Source of the DNA: Lama glama | Lineage: Eukaryota | Reading direction: 5' to 3' | DNA: 64,000 nt | Assembly (NCBI GenBank): GCA_028534125.1 | Contig: CM052817.1 | Span: forward strand, 47,060,001 to 47,124,000 | Made by a program: the position numbers and the translations under genes | Shown: positions 26,620-36,901 of the stretch, piece by piece | How positions within the stretch are numbered: the stretch's first letter is position 1 | Layout: each line of letters starts with the position of its first letter | Notes under the pieces: model-generated | Database searches by the model: none | What the model saw: only the letters and a program-made list of their open reading frames with translations | What the model was told of the DNA's origin: nothing

Positions 26620-27050
26620 CTAAGTGCCAGAAACTGGGCTAAACCCTGGTGGTGTAAGAGATGAGTCCTGCCCTGAAGAGACTCACGTTCTTCTAGGAAA
26701 GACAGACATGGCAATTCACCACTAAACTCCAAGGTGACTCGTGCCTTAAGTCAGCTGAGTGCAAAGTGCTATGGGAGTACAGACGGGAGGGAAGCCCAGA
26801 GGGCTGGTGGAGGTGGACTTCAAATTCAGGGATATTTGTGCTAAAGGATGAGTAGAACTTTGGTAGAATAAGGTTGAGAAGAGCCTTTCAAGCAGGGAAA
26901 ACAACTTGCATAGACCTTGAAGAGGCATGGAGTGTTTTCAATGGACAGTTGGAGAAAAGTTCATTGTGGGGTAGAAGAGTGGCAGGAGATGGGCTGAGAG
27001 AGTGGAAGAGCCTGAGGATGAAAAGTCTTGTCTCCTTAAATAGAACAGTT
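26620..27050 (-). mobile_element. L2 3' region (host of the Tigger1 and the 23797 L1)
   Basis: 'gtgccagaaactgggcta...gtcctgccctgaagagactcac...aagtgctatgggagtacaga...caagcagggaaaacaacttgca'. Confidence 0.75.
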
Positions 27051-28434
27051 GATAGGAGGGGGAAGAACTTGATGCATCAGTAAAAGCAAGTGTGATCATG
27101 CCTTGTTCCAGTGCTTCCTTTTCTCTGTGTCTCCAGGGCAAGGAGAAAAGGGAGAGGAGAAGAAACTCTGAAGAGAAGAGAGGCTGTTTATTTTCAGCTG
27201 CCATTCATGAACGAAGATCATTTGCCAGGCCCTTCCCAAACCTTACCCCATTTCGTTCTCATGATAAGCTTTTGAGATAGGACTATTAAGCCCTTTTACT
27301 GATGAGGACATTGAAGCCCAGAAGAGGTCTAGAAAACTTTAAAGTTCAGAGTTCACGATGGCCTGGTTCCAAAGCCTTTACCCCACTGCATTGACCACCG
27401 TGTTATACTATTTCTTTTTTGGAAGAAGCAAACGTGGAGTGGGCAGAAGCGACTGTAGTTGCATTGCCTGGATTGGCACAACAGCTAAGAGGAGGCCATT
27501 GGTGGGAGAGGCCACCTGCTGAGTTCTCCTTATCTGGGGCAACTAAAATCAGAAGAAATCAGAAGGAGCAGCCATCATGTTGAAAGTCATTTGTTTTTGT
27601 TATTTACTTTGGTGAAGTCTCCGGAAAGTATTTTGGATTTGGAGCATTTGTTTTTTTCAATAAATTCATCCTTAGCAAATGCTAAAAGCATCCAACAGAG
27701 GAAGAAAGAATAAAAAAATTAACTTAAGTCACAGCAGTGGCAATGCCAGTGTTACAGAGTGAGTGACTTTGGGCCTGTGGTTAATCATGTCCTCTAAGAG
27801 CCGCTGCAATTCTGCACCTCTTCAAAGTTTATCTCTTCTTTTGTAAAAACCTTAAATAAACAAAACCATAGCTTTTCTGCTATGCTCCCAGCATTTTTGA
27901 ACTGTTTAATTTTTTCAAAGTTTAACATTTGTCTTCAGAACTTAGTTACTAGAATGAAAATGTGTGCCATTAAATTGTCAGTTAACATTAGAGAAAGTTG
28001 CCCTAATTGGCATGACTTTTTGATTTTTTTCTATGAACATCATTCTTAAATCGAGATAGACAAAAAAATAAAATGGACCATATATTTTCATAAATAATGA
28101 AAAACCAGACATTTAAATGCTTTTGAAAAGGTTAAGCACTGTGAATTTTCATGCCACACTAGAGGAGAACAGGGAAGGAGTCCAGTGACAGTCTAGGAAA
28201 TGGGATGGTACCTTTTAAACGTATGACCAAAGCATTAATGAAAAAGCTCTGTAAATTCCACAATAATTAATTCTTTTTTTCCCTTTATTTAAATTTTACT
28301 CTTTGTCTTGCTTACAGACTAAAAGTTAGAATATTTGAAGATGGGAGAGGGAGAGAGGTTAGAGTGAAATTCATTCCTTAAGAATAGGTTCTGAAATGGG
28401 AAGTCATTTACCAAAACAACAAAATGGGCAATCT

Positions 28435-29631
28435 ATTTTTTAAAATTGAATTATAGTCAGTTTACAATGTTGTGATAATTTCTGGGTATATAGCCTAGTG
28501 ATTCAGTTATATATATATATATATATATATTCCTTTTCATATTCTTTTTCATTAAAGTCTATTATAAGGTATTGAATATAGTTCCCTGTGCTACACAGTA
28601 GGACTTTGTTGTTTATCTATATTACATAAGATATAAAATCTCAAGTTCCCAGTTTATCCCTTTATCCCCCATTCCCCTTTGGTAACCATAAATTTGTTTT
28701 CTGTGTCTACGAGTCTTGTTTCTGTTTTGCAAATGAGTTCATTTGTCTTTTTTTTAGATTCTACATATAAGTGATATCATATAGTATTTTTCTTTCTCTT
28801 TCTGGCTTACTTCACTTAGTATGACACTCTCCAGTCCATCCATGTTGCTGCAAATGGCATTGTTTTATTTTATATGGTTGAGTAGTATTCCATTGTATGT
28901 AAATCTTGAACTCCCAATTTATCCCTCCCCGCTGCCAGGGCAACCATAAGTTTGTTTTCTATGTCTATGAATCTGTTTCTGTTTTGTAAATAAGTTCATT
29001 TGGTTTTTTGTTTGTTTTGTTTTATTTTTAAATTCCACATATAAGTGATTTCATATGATATTTTTCTTTCTCTGTCTGGCGTCACTTGGAATGACATTCT
29101 CCATAGCCATCTATGTTTCTGCAAATGGCATTATTTTATTCTTTTTTATGGCTGAGTAGTATTCCATTGAATAAATATACCACAACTTCTTTATCCAGTC
29201 ATCTGTCATTGGACATTTAGGTTGCTTCCATGTCTTGGCTGTTGTAAATAGTGCTGCTGTAAACATGGGGTGCATGTATCTTTTCAATTAGAATTTTCTC
29301 CAGATATATGCACAGGAGTGGGATTACTGGATCACAAGGTAGGTCTATTTTGAGTTTTTTAAGGAATCACCATACTGTCTTCCATAATGGCTGCATCAAA
29401 CTACATTCCCACCAGCAGTATAGGAAAATTCCCTTTTCTCCACACCCTGTCCAGTATTTATTATTTGTGGACTCTTGAGTGATGGCCATTTTGACTGGTG
29501 AGAGGGGATACCTCATTGCAGTTTTGATTTGCATTTCTCTGATAGTTAGCAATATTGAGCATTTTTTTACGTGCCTGTTGGCCATTTGTATGTCTTCTCT
29601 GAAGAAATATTTGTTTAGGTCTTCTGTCCAT
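28435..29631 (-). mobile_element. L1 3' end (older subtype) with an internally repeated ~270-bp UTR block
   Basis: ORF 29367-29585 'MANRHVKKCS...REMQIKT' is ORF2p; the UTR block 'cccaatttatccct...gagtagtattccattg' occurs twice (~28640-28897 and ~28901-29170). Confidence 0.9.
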
Positions 29632-30366
29632 TTTTTTAAATATATATTTTTATTGAAGTACAGTCAGTTTACAATGTTGTGTCAGTTTCTGGTGTATAGC
29701 ATAGTGCTTCAGTCATACATGAACATACATATATTCATTTTCATATTCTTTTTCACTATAAGTTGCTACAAGATATGGAATACAGTTCCCTGTGCTATAC
29801 ATATGAACTTGTTGTTTATCTATTTTATATATATTAGTTAGTATCTGCAAATCTTGAACTCCCAATTTATCCCTCCCCACCTCCCTGGCAACCATAAGTT
29901 TGTTTTCTTCGTTTGTGAGCCTGTTTCTGTTTTGTAAATAAGTTCATTTGGTTTTTTGTTTTGTTTTGTTTTATTTTTAGATTCCACATATAAGTGATTT
30001 CATAAATTTTTCTTTCTCTTTCTGGCTTACTTCACTTAGAATGACATTCTCCATAGCCATCTATGTTGCTGCAAATGGCATTATTTTATTCTTTTTTGTG
30101 GCTGAGTAGTATTCCATTGTATAAATATACATAGCGTCTTTATCCAGTCATTTGTTGATGGACATTTAGGTTGCTTCCATGTCTTGGCTATTGTAAATAG
30201 TGCTGCTATGAATATTAGGGTGCATGTATCTTTTTGAATTAAGGTTCCCTCTGAATGTATGCCTGGGAGTGGGATTGCTAAATCATATGGTAAGTCTATT
30301 TTTAGTCTTTTGAGGAATCTCCATACTGTTTTCCATAACGGCCAAGCCAAACTACATTCCCACCAA
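29632..30366 (-). mobile_element. L1 3' end (younger subtype, same as the 4983-6153 copy)
   Basis: ORF 30081-30371 'LWKTVWRFLKRLKIDLPYD...FTIAKTWKQPKCP'; shares 'gaattaaggttccctctg' and 'catacatgaacatacatatattc' with the 4983 copy. Confidence 0.93.
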
Positions 30367-31089
30367 CACAATAATTGATTCTTAATCTTCTTCTAAACTA
30401 ATAATCTTATTTATAGCACAAATCTAATATAATCAGTGCAACTTTAAATAATTTTTTCAAACAAAACATTATTTGAAACATTCCATTTCTGTAACAGATT
30501 TTAAAATACCCACTCTGCCAGGGGCCCTAAAAGCTACCACTCCAGAGTTGTAAGATCATAGAATGTGGGGACTAAACATTTTGAGCAGTAATTGTTTCAG
30601 GTAGCAATCTTATAACTAGCTTTAAGTCATTTTCCTATTAGCCACTGGAAACCCTGTCTCTGCCTTAGAACTGGACCAGTGTTCACTCTGCATCACAGAC
30701 TTCCAATGGTCTTTGAGAAACAAACCTGGAAATGTTAACTTGCCGCTCCTGATGATGGTTGATGGTAATTCCTCTTTAGGCTGAAGAGGAAAAAAATCTG
30801 ATGCATTCGTCTAAAAACTTTATTTGCTGTGGGAATTTGCTTTGGCTAATGCAACTTTTAAGACCTGTTGGTTCACTCAAAGGTCAAGGAACATTTATGT
30901 AAGGAATCTTCAATAACATTCTTTCAGCTTGGCTAGCAGAGAATGCCCTGATGCCAATTTTCCCCTCTTCTGAGTATTAAATTTGTGTATGCCTTCATTT
31001 GAATTCCCATCAAATAGTGAAATTGTTTTCAAAATACGTAGATTACTTCATGTACAGTTGGAGACATTTGTTTTACTTTTATGTCCTTT

Positions 31090-31612
31090 TGTTACTGAAC
31101 CCTTCTGAGTCAGTCCTCAACAAGTTTCCTCCTGTCTGGTGTCTTTCAAGCCAATAGCATGAGACCGAGTTAGGTTCAGAAACAAAGGAAAGTTTTATTC
31201 TTAGGTCAAAGAACAGAGGGTGCCAGCTTGTGCTCTAGAGCACAGCTCTCCCCTCACAGGCCAGGGGCGGGGCTGCAGGATAGGGTTCTCGCGGGCCAGG
31301 AGGGGGCGGAGTTCTCGCGGGCCCCAGATCTCAGCGCGGGCCCAGCATCTCTGCCGGCGGAGCGCCGCCGCCATCTTGGACCCAGATCTCGTGAGCCGCG
31401 CCTCTGCTCCGAGCTGAGGTGTTGGCGCAGTGGTTTTCGCACTAGAAACTCTAGCCTGAAGCGCCATGTGCGAGGCCTCCACACGCCGCCCCCTATGAAC
31501 AAATGAAACTAGACTAAGCACAAAGGAAAAGGAAAAAAAGGTTAGACTTTATTTTATTACCCAGATTCTGTCTCTATTTCCGGGGAATTGTTAATGGGCT
31601 TTGCTAGTGACA
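31090..31612 (-). mobile_element. 3' LTR of the ERV1 provirus (523 bp)
   Basis: Minus strand begins tgtcactagcaaagcccattaa, matching tgtcaccagcaaagcccattaa at 32695; AATAAA (minus) at 31194-31199. Confidence 0.88.
31261..31500. promoter_or_regulatory. CpG-island-like promoter candidate inside the LTR
   Basis: 23 CpG counted in 240 bp. GC boxes at 31264-31273 and 31303-31311; YY1 consensus gccgccatcttg at 31367-31378; 13-bp repeat gttctcgcgggcc at 31285-31297 and 31311-31323. Activity cannot be shown from sequence. Confidence 0.6.
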
Positions 31613-31802
31613 AATCCCTCTGTCTTCTGTCCTGCTCCTCATTCATGAGGAGCGCTGAGGGGCCGCGGTCCGTGCTCTGTAACGGCCTCCTGCTCATCTG
31701 GGCAGCGTCATAGCCGCACAGAGGAGCAGAGCTGCCCCCCAGCTGCGTTTGCTTAGATGTGCCCTGACTGTTCACGTCCCTGAGCCACCACCGTTAGTCT
31801 GA

Positions 31803-31862
31803 CCTTCTGGGGACAAAGGACATCAGACAATGTAAGATACACGGCCCACGTATCAGGAAGAG
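31803..31862 (-). pseudogene. env: env TM membrane-anchor/cytoplasmic remnant
   Basis: Hand translation LFLIRGPCILHCLMSFVPRR matches the gammaretroviral TM motif L..GPCI.N.L..FV..R, correctly placed just upstream of the PPT. Confidence 0.75.
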
Positions 31863-32079
31863 AGTAAGCATCGCATGCCAAATTTCCCCGAAAACGCAGT
31901 GCCCAGGCCTTGTGCTCGCAGGCAGGGCTGTGCCTGATGCTGAGGCTCACTGCCATGGCCTGAGCACTCCTGGCCACCCTCTTGTTGTTTCTTGGAAGCA
32001 GAGAGAGGTTTACACAGGCAGTCAAGGGGCCCACTGTCCCCGTTTGTCTCCCCAGAGGTTGGGGCTGTGGGGCCCTCTT

Positions 32080-32472
32080 CCCTGGAGTGATCCCTGCCAC
32101 TCCAGGGCAGATGGGCGGTTAGGCTCACCAGGTGGGCCCTGTTCCACTCAGGAGTGAGCTGATCTGTGGGCTGCCGGGTTTCCAGGGTTTTATGTCTCCT
32201 GGCCCGAAAGGGTGGAGGGCCAGGTCATGGGTGCAGGTGGCACCTGGTTACTGTAAGCAGAGAACTTTCATGTTTCCTCCTGTGGAGGGCATACTTGAGT
32301 TGTTCCATTTTGAGAGGGTAAAGGTGTCCCTTCTCTCAGGCTTGGAGAATGGGTCTACATACATGAGTTCAATCGCACTTCACTTTAATTTATCCCTTGG
32401 GGCTAACCACTTGCGGAGCTAGGCAATCAGAAGCAACTTAATCTAATTTTCTTGAGTCTCTTGGCAAAGCTT
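32080..32472 (-). pseudogene. pol: pol integrase C-terminal remnant (stops and frameshifts)
   Basis: Hand translation KLCQETQEN*IKLLLIA*LRKWLAPRDKLK*SAIELMY ... ALHPFGPGD ... DQLTPEWNRAHLVSLTAH matches the end of the class I ERV integrase core and a degenerate GPY/F module. Confidence 0.85.
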
Positions 32473-33534
32473 GAGATGTCTGAGCACCACCAAGCTGCAG
32501 TGTTGGGGGTAGCCATTTTGCATTAGGACCTCTGGTCTAAAGTGCTGTGTGCAGAGGCTTTGCACCTGGAAAGGCCTCTGCCCATGGCACCCTATGAGTA
32601 AGTGAAACTAGAGTAAGCACAAGAGGAAAAAAGACTTCATTACCCAGATTCTATTTTTATTTCCCAGGAACTATTAATGGGCTTTGCTGGTGACACTTTT
32701 GATTTTCTTTCTTGGTTTATCAAAAGCACTTGCTTTTGAAACATTGATCACCAACAAAGCCTTTGAAAATTTTATTTTACTGAACAAGTCAGTTTGCATT
32801 AAAGATGATCCTAAGGGGATGCTTGTCTGCGTTTCCCAAAGTATATTCTACAAATCTTTAATTCTGAACACTAGTTTTTAGGTTGGTATTGGTTGTTATT
32901 TAATGAAGAAATTTTATGATGAAATAAATAACTTTGAATGATTCTAGGAATGTAGTAACCAGAACATAACTCCCTTTCTCCTGCTTCCAGTTTAAAGCTA
33001 CTTGAGTTGCCTGAGCCAGGTATTTGCTGAGCCCGTGGGCCCTGGGGTATGGGTGAGGCTTTAAGTACTATTGGGTCCTTTTTGGTGAGAACTGGTACAG
33101 GATTTGCTTGAATTACAGAGTAATTTGTAAGTACTTTGAAAGCCAGGGCACTTAATCCTGGGAAAACCTTGGGACAACATCCACCTTAATTTCAGGTGAA
33201 CGTGCTGAGTCTGCCCTCCTTAAGTGTCCATAGACCAGGAGAGAACTGAAAGGCTAATTTGCACCCATCCTGCTATTCAGGGCAGAAGATTGCAGGGGAA
33301 TTCTGCAGGGCTGATAGCCTGCCTTTTCATCAAAGGCCCTAGGTCCTGAGAACACTTTGCCTATGAGTCTTACTGCCCTTTATGTTATCTCAACAATAAA
33401 ATCAAAATCCCAAAGAAACTACGAAGAAAGATAGCAGCCCAGCTAAGAGGATCCAGCCATCCAAGAGGGAAGGAACAAGTTGAGCCATTGGAACACATGC
33501 CATGAGAATACAAAAATAGAGATACTGAGAGGAG

Positions 33535-34390
33535 AGTTCAGTTCAAGGTGATGACATACGAGGATCCTAGGCTCACCAGCACCCATGGATACAGCAAATC
33601 TGCTGCTACATATGGAACAACCTTCTCTGAAAAAAACCTAAAAACTATGTGAGCAACTCCTACACATCTAACAAAAGAGAAGGCCCACATCAGAACAGGT
33701 AGGAGAGGCTGGAACACCATCTTACCGTAAGCTCCATCATTGCGACCCCATATTGGGGAGGAACTCAAAACCTGGAGTGAAGGGTTTGAACCCGACTTCA
33801 GGCACCACAACTTTTAAGACCTACACCTGAGAGATGAGCCCCCAAAGTGTCTAGCTTTGAAAAACAACTGGGCCAATATCTGTAAGACCCACAAGGCTGT
33901 AATGATCTGAGAAACAAACTTTAAAGAGCTTGCAGCCAGCCCCGGGATTCAGTGCAGAGGCAGCTCCATCTAAGGGGCCCTGGCTTTGTGTGAATGAGGC
34001 TCTTTGCTAATTTTAAAGTGTCGATCTGAGGGACAGGCATCTAACTTAGCACACATCTAAGGGAGGGTCTGCTGGCTGGTGGGCACCGTCTATCTGTATG
34101 TTCTATCTGTGTCTCCTTCCAGCTGGTAGGCACCATCTTTACGCTTTCCCTCTGCCATGCTCCAGAGGGCCAGTATCTCACAGAAGGGAGTTTTATATGC
34201 CTCTGGTGCCCTGGTTTTTGTGGCTGTCACTCAGGGAACACCCCTTGATCGCCTGTCTTTGGAGGCCAAGGGTCTTGCCATCCTGGGTCCCACAGGACTG
34301 TAACAATTGGAGAGATAGTTCTTGGCAGGCTGCCACCCCCAGGGCACTGCACAGATTGCAGACTGAAACACAGACACACACAGACACACA

Positions 34391-34425
<35 letters not shown>

Positions 34426-35285
34426 ACACCCCAGTCTTTCTGTGAATGAGTACTGTTTACTTGTCAGGAGCGTGGACAGGGAGTGGGGCTGATGGGCGTC
34501 ATCCTTGTCTTCTCCCTCTGCTTCACTACAGCTGACTGGTATCTCCCCAAAAGGAGCTTATACACTGGTCTGGAGCCCTCATTTCTGCAATTGCTGACCA
34601 GAAGACACTTCCAGATTGCCTGGTTCTGGTAGCTAGCAGTTCTACAGGACTGCATGTATATATTTACATACTTTAAAAGCTACTACCTAAGGGTCTGGTT
34701 TCCAATCAGCCTTAATCTAAGTGCTGATTGAGATTCTCCCCTTTGGGACATTGACAGGTCTTGGCACACTCTCAACTACTGGGAACTATTAAAAATAAAT
34801 TAGGCTGCTTAGAAAAATCACAAAGGCTTGAGAGACAACCAAGACTAGGGCAGAGTTGAGTGGTAAGATTCATCTCCTACACAAGGCCAACCTTTCAAGA
34901 CTGGGCAAGGTGACTGTTTTACATAATGTGTAGAAACCAACCCAGAGAGTCAAAAAAAAAAAAAAAGAAGAAGGAGGAGAAGAAGAAACAGGAATGTGTT
35001 CCAAAGGAAAAAACAAGAAGTAAAAATAAACCTTAATGAAACAGAGATAAGTTGTTAACCTGACAAAGAGTTCAAACTAATGGTCATAAGAATGAACACA
35101 GCATGAATTTCAACAAAGAAACAGAAAATTAAGAAAGTACCAGATAGAAGAAGAATACAATAACTGAGTTGAAAACATACACAAAGGTCTTCAATTACAG
35201 AGTTGTTTAAGTGTAACAAAGGATCAGTAAACTTGAGGACAGGGCAGTGGACCTCACCCAGTCAGAACAGCAGAAAGGAAAGAAT
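33535..35285 (+). mobile_element. L1 5' UTR plus start of ORF1; no ORF2 or 3' UTR
   Basis: 5' UTR-type start 'ttcaaggtgatgacatacgaggatcctaggctcacc'; ORF1 N-terminal blocks 'aatgaaacagagataag...ctgacaaagagttcaaactaatggtcataag' and 'ggatcagtaaacttgaggacagggcagtgg'. Confidence 0.8.
34367..34430. repeat. (CA)n microsatellite with CAGA interruptions
   Basis: Directly visible; explains the THTH/VCVC ORFs. Confidence 0.97.
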
Positions 35286-35496
35286 GAGAAGTACTGGAGA
35301 GGAGTCAGATAAACATCTAAATCAAATTATAAGAGTTCTTAAGGTGATCCACGTGCTGCACATAAAAGACTTTTGTGGCTTAAAAATATGATTTGAAAAC
35401 AAAAATACTCAGCACATGAAATAATGGTCCCTATCGAGACACAGGTTTGTGGTCCAGAAAACCAAGTGCAAGAAATAATATCAAAACATAGAGCAA

Positions 35497-35593
35497 TACA
35501 TATGTGTGTATACATATAACTGAATCACTTTGCTGTACACCTGAAACTAACCTGGTAAATCAAGTATGCTTTAATAAAAAAATTAAATTAAAA
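35497..35593 (+). mobile_element. Very short L1 3' tail insertion
   Basis: 'ataactgaatcactttgctgtacacctgaaactaac...aataaaaaa'; TSD atagagcaa at 35488-35496 and 35594-35602. Confidence 0.85.
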
Positions 35594-35979
35594 ATAGAGC
35601 AAAAAGCTAGATGGAAATTATAAGGAAAGGGATAAGAGACTGGAGGGTAAATGCAGGAATTTGAACATATGGGTAATAGGTATTCAGAAGGGGGAAAAAA
35701 ATGAAAAACAGATGGAGGAGGAACAGTAGTTTAACAAATTCCACGGGAACATTTCTCAGGGCTGAGGTAAGTTTTTAAGTCTTTAAAATTTATTTATTTA
35801 TTTATTTAGGTATATAGAAAATCTTTGATTTTTTTCTTGTAACTTTTCTATAAGTATAAATTTTTTTTTAAGGTTAGAAAAAAATTTAAAAATCAAATAC
35901 CCTTAGGTGGGTTGTGGGGCTATCAGTCATTCACATCTTAGTGTGAATTAGTCTACTCAGCTTGCTCTCCTTTTTAAAA

Positions 35980-36058
35980 TTATTATTATTTATTATTTTT
36001 TAAACCAGTTTACAATGTTGTGTCAACTTCCAGAGTAGAACACAATTTTTCAGTTATA
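35980..36058 (-). mobile_element. Very short L1 3' tail insertion
   Basis: 'cagtttacaatgttgtgtcaacttccagagtagaacac...tcagttata' after an (ATT)n/T tract. Confidence 0.7.
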
Positions 36059-36901
36059 AGTATTTAAAATTTAAAGCACACACAAGGTTCCTGGCTGGAC
36101 TAATGAGGAAAGATACTCACCCATTTATTTTCTGATAAAATTCTTGAATTCTAATGGATAAAGAAAAACTTTTCACAATCTTTTATAAACAGGAAGAAAG
36201 ATTAAATTACCTACTGAGCAAAAGGAATCATAATGCCATTAGAATACCCACTTGTAAACAAAGGAAACTAAAAGACAACTGAATGACATCAGAGGAAAAG
36301 GATAGCACCTCAAGAATGCCGTATCAAGTCATTTATTCACCTGAATAAAGGTATTCAAGGATAGGCGACAAAGCAGTCATCCAAGTAAATCCTCTGAGAA
36401 AAATATTTCAGATAGTTTAGATAAAATATAAATGAACCCAAATTAAGAACTCAAGTCAGAGGAAAGATGAAATGAACAGAAATAAAAGGTGAAAAATGAG
36501 TCTTGCCAAGTGATCAGACTCATTCATTCAACAAATATTTATTGTGTGCTAATACATGCCAACAAAGTTTTTGACAATTGAGATTCTACAGTGAATAAGA
36601 TGATAGACAAGAATTAAATCATAATAGTTGAATGTAATCTGTCTGGGAATAAATAACAATGTTAATTGGGGATGGGTGAAACACAGGGAACAGACTATAA
36701 TGGGTGTTTAAATATATGCTAAAATATGCCTGCAAAGCCTAAGAGAAATTGGTGGAGAGGAGTTAATGCATTCCAAAAGCTTCAAGGTGGGGAAAGGGAA
36801 ATGATAGTTGTTGGGGTTTGGAGAGGTGGAATTAAAAGTATTCTAAAGAACTTCTGTTGGGGAAAAGTGGCAAAGTAGTTGTTTTAATTGCAGATATCCA
36901 C

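Larger units (their letters stand above)
28276..30366 (-). mobile_element. Composite L1 insertion bounded by one TSD: truncated L1 plus apparent 3'-transduced flank
   Basis: TSD cacaataattaattctt (28259-28275) / cacaataattgattctt (30367-30383); T-run at 28274-28280; endonuclease-type site TCTT/AA at 30380-30385. Confidence 0.75.
31090..32695 (-). mobile_element. Internally deleted ERV1 (gammaretrovirus-like) provirus
   Basis: TG...CA ends; 4-bp TSD cttt (31086-31089, 32696-32699); complete 3' LTR 31090-31612; partial 5' LTR ~32485-32695; PPT-like agaagacagagggatt (31613-31628, minus); integrase and env remnants inside. Confidence 0.9.
33390..36500 (+). mobile_element. Ancient HAL1/L1M ORF1-like element, fragmented by later insertions
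   Basis: ORF1-like blocks 'gataagagactggagggtaaatgcagg...aacatatgggtaataggtattcagaag' and 'ataaaattcttgaattctaatggataaagaaaaa'. Confidence 0.55.

Noticed and set aside
31803..31862. Captured syncytin-like env gene
   Set aside because: Only ~20 codons of TM survive; no SU, furin site or immunosuppressive domain seen.
31201..32422. Dense cluster of overlapping ORFs suggesting a host gene or processed pseudogene 5' end
   Set aside because: Lies wholly inside a TSD-bounded provirus; high GC suppresses stop codons; the recognisable peptides are disrupted pol and env.
34098..34445. His/Thr- and Val/Cys-rich ORFs
   Set aside because: Translations of the (CA)n microsatellite.
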